Below, piece after piece: positions 26,603 through 34,166 of a DNA stretch of 34,166 bases. Positions within the stretch are counted from its first letter, which is position 1. Each line of letters begins with the position of its first letter. The notes beneath the pieces were generated by a model. The model ran no database searches. It saw nothing but the letters and a program-made list of their open reading frames with translations, and was not told the DNA's origin. The stretch spans positions 1 through 34,166 of the forward strand of contig JBDHAC010000035.1 in NCBI GenBank assembly GCA_039588275.1. The letters are read 5' to 3'. Source of the DNA: Gemmatimonadota bacterium. GTDB lineage: Bacteria > Gemmatimonadota > Gemmatimonadetes > Palauibacterales > Palauibacteraceae. Made by a program: the position numbers and the translations under genes.

Positions 26603-28531
26603 TCACGCCAGCGCCGCCTCGACCTCCTGCCAAGCTTCCTGGCGGAGGCGCGCATCGGTGTCCAGACGGCGCGCGAGATCTCCCAGCCGCGTGGGGGCGG
26701 CGACCGACGCGACCCGGGCTCGCCCGAGCCCCGCGAGCGTCTCGAGCAGCCGCTGCACCAGCGCGTCCCGCGCCCTGCCTGCGCGGGACGCGGTATCCAG
26801 CCAGCGAACGTCTGATTCATCGGACGCGGCCCGATCCTCCAGCACCCGCAGGCTGTCATCCAATTGCTGGAGGTCGAGCGCGGCATCGCTCGACAGACGC
26901 AGGAGCTCCGGCAGAACCTCGGTGAGATCCGCGTCATCCATCTCCGAGGCGCCCCCGTACAGCCCGGATGCCATTCGGATGATGTCCCGTAGCAGCCGAC
27001 GCGCGGGTCCGTCGGGCAGACGGGAAAGGGTCTCGCGTACGCCAGCACGGACCTCGGGGGGGAGCTCCGGCTCCGCCCCCGCACGGGGTAGCCAGATCGG
27101 CGCCTGGGCGCGGCGCACCGCGATCAGAGCGAGAAGCGACGCGAACAAGGGGGTGAGGGGCAGCATCTGGGGCGCGGCGAAGAAGCCGGCCGTGACCCCG
27201 GATACGAGCACCAGCACCACGAGCGCCACGAACGATAGTGGCAGCCGCCTCCAGGCGTGTGCGCGCGAGACGCGCTCCGCCGTCACGCCTCGCGCTGCCA
27301 GGACGCCGACCGTCCGTTCGGCCGCACTTCCGGAAAGAGACACGATCGGGCGTTCGCCACGAGCGGCGTCGCGGACGTCGGCTGTGCGGACGGCCCCGCC
27401 CAGCGAATCGAGCAACCACTCCTCCAGGCCTCGGCGGTGTGCTGGCGCGGCACCCGCCGGCAAATACACGAGCGCATCCGGATCATCGGCTGCCGCACAG
27501 GCGGGACACGTTCCGAGAGCCATCGGGTCGACCGTGCCGCACACGTCACAGGCGCTCGGTACGCCGGGATCGATGGGGGTCAGCTCGCGGGTGAGGTCAT
27601 CGTCCGCGAGTGCAGGTGACCCAGGGGCTTCCGGGATTGCGCGCAGGGCGTCGGCGAGCGCCCGCGTGGTCGGAAAGCGGTGCCCCGGCTCGGCCGCCGT
27701 GGCGCGCGCGACGATGGCATCCAGTGCCGCGGGCAGCTCGGGTCGAATGCCCCGCGGGTGATACCCGCCCTCGGCGGGAGGCGGAGGCAGGCTACGAGAG
27801 GCCCGCTCGGGCAACTCTCCCGTCAGAGCGTAGTACAGCGTGAGCCCCAGAGAGTACAGATCCGAGCGTGCGTCACCGCGCTCGCCGGCCATGAGCTCGG
27901 GCGCCGCATAGGCGAGCGTCCCGACCAGGCCACCGGTCATCGTTACCGTCGTCTGCCCCCCGAATCGAGCCGAGCCGAAATCCGACAGGCGGGCGCTCCC
28001 TCCCCGATCCATGAGTACGTTGCGCGGTTTCACGTCACGGTGGAGCACACCGCCCTCGTGCGCGAGGCCCAGAGCGTCGGCCAACTCGAGTCCGAGCCGC
28101 GCCGCGTCGGGTGCCGGTAGCGGCCCCTTCTCGCGCACCCGCTCGAACAGGGTCGGGCCGTCCACGTATTCCATGATCAGGAAGCTGCGTCCCTCGTCTT
28201 CCACGTAGTCGTGCAGCTTCACAATGTTGGGGTGCTCGAGCTCGCGCCCGCCGGCCGCCTCGCGCCGCATGCGCTCGCGAGCGATGTGTGCCATCGCCGG
28301 AGGTGGAACCAGCAGCTTGACGGCGACGGCCACGCGCCCGTCGCCGGCCTGGCCGTCGTCTGACTGGTCGTGGTCCGGCTGGGAGGCCGGCTGGGAGGCC
28401 CGTAGGGAAGCGCGTGCCAGATAGACGACGGAGTGTCCGCCCCGTCCCAGTTCGCGCTCGATCTCGTAGCGTCCGTCGACGACGGTGCCGGGCTCGAGGT
28501 AGCCGATCTCCCCGCGCTCGGAGGAACTCAC
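26603..28531 (-). CDS. Hanks-type Ser/Thr protein kinase with a Zn-ribbon, two TM segments and a helical C-terminus
   Basis: LGRGG..VVY, VAVK, HRDVKPRN, DFG, APE and SDLYSLG; CDVC...CPAC; GTG 28531 overlaps the upstream TGA. Confidence 0.88.
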   Translation of the reverse strand: MSSSERGEIGYLEPGTVVDGRYEIERELGRGGHSVVYLARASLRASQPASQPDHDQSDDGQAGDGRVAVAVKLLVPPPAMAHIARERMRREAAGGRELEHPNIVKLHDYVEDEGRSFLIMEYVDGPTLFERVREKGPLPAPDAARLGLELADALGLAHEGGVLHRDVKPRNVLMDRGGSARLSDFGSARFGGQTTVTMTGGLVGTLAYAAPELMAGERGDARSDLYSLGLTLYYALTGELPERASRSLPPPPAEGGYHPRGIRPELPAALDAIVARATAAEPGHRFPTTRALADALRAIPEAPGSPALADDDLTRELTPIDPGVPSACDVCGTVDPMALGTCPACAAADDPDALVYLPAGAAPAHRRGLEEWLLDSLGGAVRTADVRDAARGERPIVSLSGSAAERTVGVLAARGVTAERVSRAHAWRRLPLSFVALVVLVLVSGVTAGFFAAPQMLPLTPLFASLLALIAVRRAQAPIWLPRAGAEPELPPEVRAGVRETLSRLPDGPARRLLRDIIRMASGLYGGASEMDDADLTEVLPELLRLSSDAALDLQQLDDSLRVLEDRAASDESDVRWLDTASRAGRARDALVQRLLETLAGLGRARVASVAAPTRLGDLARRLDTDARLRQEAWQEVEAALA

Positions 28532-29103
28532 CGCGCGCCCAGCTCCTCGAGGACCGCGATGGCGTTGGACGTAAACCCGTCCTTCAAGTCGTAATGCTGA
28601 AGGAAGCGCTCCAGGTAATCTCTGGCCGCCGCCCGGTCTCCGAGGCCGTAACGCGCGATCCCGGCATGGTAGAGGGCCATGTAGTGGTTGGGCCAAAACT
28701 CCACTACCATCTCCATGATCGGGCCCGCCGACCTGTCGTCGCCCGCATCAGCCACCGGGTGTGCGACGTTGAACACGATCCCGGCCGCCTTCCAACGATC
28801 ATCCCCTTCGAGTGATAGGATGATGTCCCGCGCCGTCTCGACCCTGCCCGCCAGCGCATAGCAGGCGGCGCTGTATGCCGACCCCTCCATTCCCTCGGGG
28901 GGCGGCATCCACCTGAGACGCGTCTCGACCTCGACCACGTTGCAGAACGGCTTGACCTGGATGAACCACTCGGCGGCCGCACCCCGTGGTGTGACCACGG
29001 GAACGTTCGGGTGCGTATAGACCGATGCGGAAGGGGGTCCGCGGAGCACCATGACCATCGAGAGGGCGACGAAGGCGACACCTGCCAGATACAGCTTGCG
29101 CAT
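28528..29103 (-). CDS. Membrane-anchored/exported TPR-like helical protein
   Basis: N-terminal hydrophobic segment; P.HYMALYHAGIA.Y.LG....A..YLERFL TPR-like repeat; ATG 29103. Confidence 0.7.
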   Translation of the reverse strand: MRKLYLAGVAFVALSMVMVLRGPPSASVYTHPNVPVVTPRGAAAEWFIQVKPFCNVVEVETRLRWMPPPEGMEGSAYSAACYALAGRVETARDIILSLEGDDRWKAAGIVFNVAHPVADAGDDRSAGPIMEMVVEFWPNHYMALYHAGIARYGLGDRAAARDYLERFLQHYDLKDGFTSNAIAVLEELGAR

Positions 29104-29333
29104 CGTTACCACCTTGCAGTTCGTGCCTGTTCTGCACCCACGGGCCGCCTGGCGCGAGTCCACACCGCCAGTCGCCGCGGGGGTCCCGATTCTCTAGACG
29201 CCCGAGCGATCGGGTCTTGCACACTCCGGGGCGCACTCCACGTATTACCCGGCAATTGCGGCGTGCAGTTCCGCGCGAAGCAGGTGCAACTATCGTTCCC
29301 CGAGACGGTTGGGAGTGCGGGGACGGGCGTCCT

Positions 29334-29606
29334 TCAGTCGAGCGAGCGGCTGGTGCCCCAATCGGCGGCGGCCGGGCCGGCATCCCTCGCGTCCTCGCGC
29401 CGTACGAGCTTGCGCCCCGCCCGTCCCCTGCGCCACGAGCCGAGCAGCCCCGTTCCCAGACCGAGGAGAATCTCATCGATGAAGGGCACCACATCCGGGA
29501 AGAAGAGATCCGCGGTGAAAACGAGTGCCGTCAAAACGAACAGCTTCGGAAAACGCAGACGGGCGCTGAAGCGGGCGATCAGGGCGGGAAGCGTGGCGGT
29601 TCGCAT
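29334..29606 (-). CDS. Small membrane protein (DUF6116-like)
   Basis: RLRFPKLF...F.ADL..PD..PFIDEILL motif. Confidence 0.6.
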   Translation of the reverse strand: MRTATLPALIARFSARLRFPKLFVLTALVFTADLFFPDVVPFIDEILLGLGTGLLGSWRRGRAGRKLVRREDARDAGPAAADWGTSRSLD

Positions 29607-29655
29607 CTAGCCGGCCGCCGGATGACTCGAGCGGTCCACCGGTGGCGCATCCACT

Positions 29656-30141
29656 TCAGTACTCTACGCGGTCGTCCTTCGAGCGCCACGCACCGAACTC
29701 GTCCCCGGCCCCATCGACCTGGAGGTGGTGGATCTCGAGGTCGCGCGCATCGAGGGCGCGGGCGAGCTCGTCGTAGATGAACTGGTCGTCGAATCCGGCC
29801 GCGGCGGCGTCCTCGCGGTCGCTCGCGTAGAACACACGCGCCGGCCGCGCCCAGTACAGCGCGCCCATGCACATGGGACAGGGCTCCGTGCTGCTGTACA
29901 CGTCGCAAGCCTGCAGCTGGAACGAGCCCAGGCGCTCGCACGCTTCCCGTATTGCCACGATCTCCGCGTGGGCTGTCGGATCGTTGCGGGAGGTCACACA
30001 GTTCGAGCCGCGGGCGATGATCTCGCCGTCCCGGACGATCACCGCCCCGAACGGCCCGCCACCCCGTTCGACGCTCTCCCTCGCGAGACGGAGCGCCTCG
30101 CGCATGTACCTCCCGGCTTCCTCGGCCTGTCGATCGGGCAT
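29656..30141 (-). CDS. guaD: Zn-dependent nucleoside/nucleobase deaminase (probable guanine deaminase, cytidine-deaminase fold)
   Basis: GGPFGA, DPTAHAE, EPCPMC, GFDD..IY and C-terminal Tyr; ATG 30141. Confidence 0.8.
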   Translation of the reverse strand: MPDRQAEEAGRYMREALRLARESVERGGGPFGAVIVRDGEIIARGSNCVTSRNDPTAHAEIVAIREACERLGSFQLQACDVYSSTEPCPMCMGALYWARPARVFYASDREDAAAAGFDDQFIYDELARALDARDLEIHHLQVDGAGDEFGAWRSKDDRVEY

Positions 30142-30276
30142 GGCTAACCTGTTGTCGCGTTGCCGACTGGGGGTGTGCACCACAGAATATACACGTCCTG
30201 CGGTGTGACGAGGTTTCCAGCGCCCGAATCCACCGAATCCACGGCGCGGCGGACACCTCGTGGGGAGGAGGGCGGG

Positions 30277-32499
30277 TTGAAACGGCGAGAAGGACTCTCA
30301 AAGCTTTCCGGCCGCGAGCCGTACGTGGATGACCTCCCCCTCGACGATTTCCTGTGGGGTGCTACGGTCCGAAGTCCCGCGCCCCGTGGCAGAATTCGCG
30401 ACATCCGCTTCCCCGACGGGTTCGATTGGTCCGAGTTCGTCATCGTCGATCACCGCGACATCCCCGGGGCGAACTGTGTCTTCCTCATGGAGGAGGACCA
30501 ACCCGCGCTCGCGCCCGGATACGTGCGTCACGTGCAGGAACCGGTCCTGCTCCTCGCGCACCCCTCCCGCGCCGAGGTCCGGCGAGCCGCCAGCACCATC
30601 GAGATCGAGGTCGACCCGGAACCGGCCATCCTCGACTTCCGCGTCCCCCCCGAGTCCGAGCAGATCCAGTACGGCGACGCCAACGTCATCAAGCGGCTCG
30701 AGATCGTGAAAGGGGATGTCGAGCAGGCACTGGCCGAGGCTCCGATCATCGTCGAGGGCGTGTACGAGACGGGGGCACAGGAGCATGTGTACCTCGAGAA
30801 CCAGGGGATGATCGCGAGTCTGGATGGCGATGTGCTCGTGATTCAGGGCTCGATGCAATGCCCGTACTACGTCGTGAAGGCGCTCGCTCCCCTGCTGGAC
30901 CGCGATGAGGACGGGCTGCGGGTGATCCAAACGCCGACGGGTGGAGGGTTCGGGGGGAAGGAGGAGTATCCCTCGACGATCGCTGCGCACGCGGCTCTCC
31001 TCACGCTGAAGGCCGGCCGGCCTGTGAAGATCGTGTACGACCGCGACGAGGACATGGCCGCCACGACGAAGAGACATCCCTCACGCATCCGGCACCGGAC
31101 CGGAGTCGCCGAGGATGGACGCCTGCTGGCCCAGGAGATCGAGTTTACCCTGGACGCGGGTGCGTACGTGACCCTCTCCCCGGTCGTCCTGAGTCGCGGG
31201 ATCATCCACGCGGCGGGACCTTACTCGTGTGACCACGTGCACATCCTCGGGCGTGCCATGTTCACGAACCGCGTACCGTTCGGGGCGTTTCGCGGCTTCG
31301 GGAACCCGCAGGGGTGTTTCGCGATCGAGCGTCATATGGATGTGATCGCGCGCAGGCTGGGGATGAGTCCGGTCGAGCTGCGGCGGGTGAACCTGCTGCG
31401 CGACGGCCAGACCACCGCTACCGGGCAGGTCATCCGCGATGGCACCGACCGGGTCGCGGTGATGAGCCGGGCGCTCGGTCTCTCCCGCTACCGGGAGAAG
31501 CGCGAGGCGCACGCCGAGTACAACGCAGGCCACCCGTTCCTTCGGCGCGGCATCGGTCTGTCGACCTTCTATCACGGGGCGGGGTTCACGGGGGCGGGTG
31601 AGGTTTATCTCGACTCGCGGGTGCACGTGGCCGGGCTCCCCGAGGGGAAGATCGAAGTGCGAACGGCGAGCACCGAGATGGGTCAGGGGATGATCACGAT
31701 CTTTACGCAGCTGGCCGCGGACCGGCTCGGGCTCTCGGCCGGCGAGGTGATCATCGCGGCGCCGGACACGCACCGCGTGCCGAACAGCGGCCCGACGGTG
31801 GCCTCCCGGACCGCCATGATCGTCGGGCACCTTGTCGAGAAGGCGTGCGACGACCTGCGCCGCCAGACGGGGCTCGTGGACAGCGCTCGCGGTAAGGTCG
31901 TGAGCGCGGCGATCGCCGCGTGGCACCGGGAGCACGAGGGGGAGGAGCTGATCGGCGAAGGGCGATACGAGCAGCCGCCCGGCATCGAGTGGGACGAGGA
32001 GACCTATCGCGGCGACGCATACGGCACGTTCGCCTGGGCCGCCCACATCGCCGAGGTGGAGGTGGACCTGCGCACCTACGCGGTGCGGGTGCTCGACTAC
32101 CTCGCGGTCCAGGAGGTCGGCAGGATCCTGAACGAGACCCTGGCCCGAGGTCAGATCCAGGGCGGGGTCGCGCAGGGGATCGGGTGGGCGCTGCTCGAAG
32201 AGGTCGTGAGCCGGGACGGCGCGATGGAGAACACGCAGCTTACGAACTACATCATCCCCACGAGCGGCGATCTTCCGCCCATTCGAGTGGATTTTCTCGA
32301 GAACCCCTATCCGTACGGGGCCAAGGGCGCGAAAGGCATTGGCGAGCTACCGCTCAACGGACCGCCGCCAGCTGTCGCGAACGCTGTCGCCGACGCGCTC
32401 GGGGACCTCCTCGTCGAGGAGCCGTGCGCGATCCCGCTGACCCCGGAACGGCTCATGGAGCTGCTTGACGCCGACGCCACGGACCGGCGATCTGCCTGA
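30277..32499 (+). CDS. Xanthine dehydrogenase-family molybdopterin-binding subunit
   Basis: QEHVYLE, GGGFGGK, AFRGFG, EMGQG, GQIQGG and KGIGE motifs. TTG 30277 has a strong RBS; the start is uncertain (30205 or 30160 possible). Confidence 0.9.
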   Translation: MKRREGLSKLSGREPYVDDLPLDDFLWGATVRSPAPRGRIRDIRFPDGFDWSEFVIVDHRDIPGANCVFLMEEDQPALAPGYVRHVQEPVLLLAHPSRAEVRRAASTIEIEVDPEPAILDFRVPPESEQIQYGDANVIKRLEIVKGDVEQALAEAPIIVEGVYETGAQEHVYLENQGMIASLDGDVLVIQGSMQCPYYVVKALAPLLDRDEDGLRVIQTPTGGGFGGKEEYPSTIAAHAALLTLKAGRPVKIVYDRDEDMAATTKRHPSRIRHRTGVAEDGRLLAQEIEFTLDAGAYVTLSPVVLSRGIIHAAGPYSCDHVHILGRAMFTNRVPFGAFRGFGNPQGCFAIERHMDVIARRLGMSPVELRRVNLLRDGQTTATGQVIRDGTDRVAVMSRALGLSRYREKREAHAEYNAGHPFLRRGIGLSTFYHGAGFTGAGEVYLDSRVHVAGLPEGKIEVRTASTEMGQGMITIFTQLAADRLGLSAGEVIIAAPDTHRVPNSGPTVASRTAMIVGHLVEKACDDLRRQTGLVDSARGKVVSAAIAAWHREHEGEELIGEGRYEQPPGIEWDEETYRGDAYGTFAWAAHIAEVEVDLRTYAVRVLDYLAVQEVGRILNETLARGQIQGGVAQGIGWALLEEVVSRDGAMENTQLTNYIIPTSGDLPPIRVDFLENPYPYGAKGAKGIGELPLNGPPPAVANAVADALGDLLVEEPCAIPLTPERLMELLDADATDRRSA

Positions 32500-32545
32500 T
32501 AGCGTGATGGCAAGCGGCGGCGCACCAACCGGCAGAGTGGCACGT

Positions 32546-32605
32546 GGCAGCATGGGAACCGGCAGCATGGGAACCGGCAGCATGGGAACCGGCAGGATGG
32601 GAACC
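32546..32605. repeat. 15-bp tandem repeat x4
   Basis: GGCAGCATGGGAACC x3 plus GGCAGGATGGGAACC. Confidence 0.92.
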
Positions 32606-32637
32606 GGTGGGAGCACGATGACCTGGTGCGCCGACGC

Positions 32638-33153
32638 ATGAGTGACCTCATCGACGGACGATTGGAGATCCGCTTCACCCTGAACGGTGAAGAGGTCACG
32701 GCCGAGATTGACCTGGCCGAGCGGCTGTTGGACCTCCTTCGGTATCGAGTCGATCTGCCCGGAACAAAGGAGGGGTGCGCCGAGGGAGAGTGCGGCGCCT
32801 GTACCGTGTTCCTCGACGGCCTGCCTGTCGATTCGTGTCTCGTCCCGGCGCTTCAGGTACGCGGCCGTCGCGTGGATACGATCGAGTCGCTGGATCCGTC
32901 GCGGCTGGACCCCTTCCTCAGGACCGGCGCCACGCAGTGCGGGGCCTGCACGCCCGGGGTCGTAATGACCGGCGTGTGGGTACGGGACCATCCCGAGCTG
33001 CTCGAGAAGCACACGATCCGCGAGCTGATGGCGGGCAACCTGTGCCGCTGCACGGGCTACGACGGGATCGTGGAAGGCGTCGAGGCGGCTCTTAAAGATG
33101 AGGAAGCCCGACGGCAGTCGGAGACACGGCTGCCCCCGAGTGCACGGGAATGA
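32638..33153 (+). CDS. Xanthine dehydrogenase-family 2x[2Fe-2S] subunit
   Basis: GCAEGECGAC, QCGAC and NLCRCTGY motifs; ATG 32638. Confidence 0.92.
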   Translation: MSDLIDGRLEIRFTLNGEEVTAEIDLAERLLDLLRYRVDLPGTKEGCAEGECGACTVFLDGLPVDSCLVPALQVRGRRVDTIESLDPSRLDPFLRTGATQCGACTPGVVMTGVWVRDHPELLEKHTIRELMAGNLCRCTGYDGIVEGVEAALKDEEARRQSETRLPPSARE

Positions 33154-33998
33154 AAGCGCTCCTCCCCTCCTCGCTGGACGAGGCGCTCGGGCTCCTCGCG
33201 GAACACCCCGAGGCGATCCCGCTCGCCGGGGGCACGGACCTGCTCGTCCATTGGCCGCAGCACCATCAGGCGCACGAGCGCACCTACCTGGACCTCTCCG
33301 GCGTCGCGGAGCTCGCGGCTCACCGTTGGACCGAAGACGCGCTCGTGCTCGGTGGGATGACCACGTATTGGGACGTGATCCAAGATGAGCGGGCCGCGGC
33401 GAAGTTCCCGATGTTGATCGAGGCAGGCCGCCAGGTCGGCTCGATCCAGATTCAGGCGCGCGGGACGTGGGCCGGTAACATCGTGAACGCATCGCCCGCC
33501 GCCGACGGTGTCCCGGTGCTGATGGCGTACGACGCGGTCCTCGTGCTCCGCGACGTGGACGGGGAGGAGGAGATTCCCCTCGCCGACTTCTACCTGGACT
33601 ACAAGGTGATGCGACGACGACCCGAACAGCTCATCACCGAGATCCGCATCCCGCGACGTGCGTTCGTTTGGCAGCGGTTCGAGAAGGTCGGTCCGCGCGC
33701 GGCACAGGCCATCACCAAGATCGGTCTCGCGATGGCCAGAGCGTCGGCCCCGGTCGGCGACGGAGGTATATGGCGCATAGTCGCCAACAGCGTGGCGCCC
33801 ACCGTGCGCCGTTGCCACGCGGTGGAGACCCTTCTCGAGGTGCGAACGGCGGTGTCCGGACCCGGAGATCTACTCGCCGCCATTCGAGAGGACGTATCGC
33901 CCATCGATGACATCCGTTCCACCGCCGCCTACCGCGAGACCGTGATGGCGCGACTGCTGTACTACGACCTGCGCGACGTATGTGGGTGGTTCTCGTGA
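33150..33998 (+). CDS. Xanthine dehydrogenase-family FAD-binding subunit
   Basis: AGGTDL, QIQARGT.AGN...ASPAADG and PIDDIRSTA.YR; ATGA overlap with the Fe-S gene. Confidence 0.9.
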   Translation: MKALLPSSLDEALGLLAEHPEAIPLAGGTDLLVHWPQHHQAHERTYLDLSGVAELAAHRWTEDALVLGGMTTYWDVIQDERAAAKFPMLIEAGRQVGSIQIQARGTWAGNIVNASPAADGVPVLMAYDAVLVLRDVDGEEEIPLADFYLDYKVMRRRPEQLITEIRIPRRAFVWQRFEKVGPRAAQAITKIGLAMARASAPVGDGGIWRIVANSVAPTVRRCHAVETLLEVRTAVSGPGDLLAAIREDVSPIDDIRSTAAYRETVMARLLYYDLRDVCGWFS

Positions 33999-34011
33999 GA
34001 GGGAGGGCGCG

Positions 34012-34166
34012 ATGATCGGGGTGTGGCTCGAGGACAGCGCGGTCTCGGTACGAGAGGTGCCTGAGCCGGAGGCGGCGGAAGGCGAGGCGCTGATCCGCGT
34101 GCTCAGGGCCGGGATCTGCAACACCGACCTCGAGATGATCCGCGGATATCGTCCGTTCACCGGGAT
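34012..34166 (+). CDS. Zn-dependent alcohol dehydrogenase (MDR family), 5' part truncated by the window end
   Basis: RBS GGAGG plus ATG 34012: MIGVWLEDSAVSVREVPEPEAAEGEALIRVLRAGICNTDLEMIRGYRPFTG, containing the GICxTD Zn-ligand motif. Not in the ORF track. Confidence 0.8.
   Translation, partial: MIGVWLEDSAVSVREVPEPEAAEGEALIRVLRAGICNTDLEMIRGYRPFTG

Noticed and set aside
32546..32605. 15-bp repeats as CRISPR or iterons
   Set aside because: Head-to-tail with no spacers, and no rep or cas gene nearby.
30277..33998. CO dehydrogenase (coxLMS) or a selenium-dependent Mo hydroxylase
   Set aside because: The active-site loop is AFRGFG, not the AYxCSFR of form I CoxL. No yqeB/yqeC/selD-type genes are in the window to support Se dependence.

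Overview
A 34 kb, GC-rich stretch of bacterial chromosome (diderm-like lipoproteins; the gene content resembles Acidobacteriota or Gemmatimonadota, but that is inference only). There are no rRNA, tRNA, CRISPR, integrase or transposase features. From left to right it holds: (1) a minus-strand operon of an ECF sigma factor, a zinc anti-sigma (HxxxCxxC)-O6-alkylguanine methyltransferase fusion and a GNAT acetyltransferase; (2) a run of exported proteins: a lipoprotein, a PD40/TolB-like propeller, a serine hydrolase, SurE and a lipobox-bearing D-2-hydroxyacid dehydrogenase; (3) two adjacent broken genes: a SnoaL-like gene frameshifted by a (CATCAAC)x3 repeat, and a bcp peroxiredoxin missing its catalytic core; (4) a FecR/DUF6600-type protein with a long cationic repeat tail; (5) an AhpD-like probable selenoprotein (CFY-UGA followed by a SECIS-like hairpin) that the ORF track splits in two; (6) tandem membrane sulfatase/LtaS-superfamily paralogs; (7) a 3-hydroxyproline dehydratase-type racemase, an atypical aquaporin and small membrane proteins; (8) korCAB-type 2-oxoacid oxidoreductase genes with a structured leader; (9) a TPR-like protein plus Ser/Thr kinase pair; (10) a guanine deaminase divergent from a xanthine dehydrogenase-family operon, then the start of a Zn alcohol dehydrogenase. 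The strongest leads are the ECF/anti-sigma-Ogt module (a possible Ada-like alkylation sensor built on sigma control) and the hidden selenoprotein. All family assignments come from motif recognition by eye; no database searches were run.
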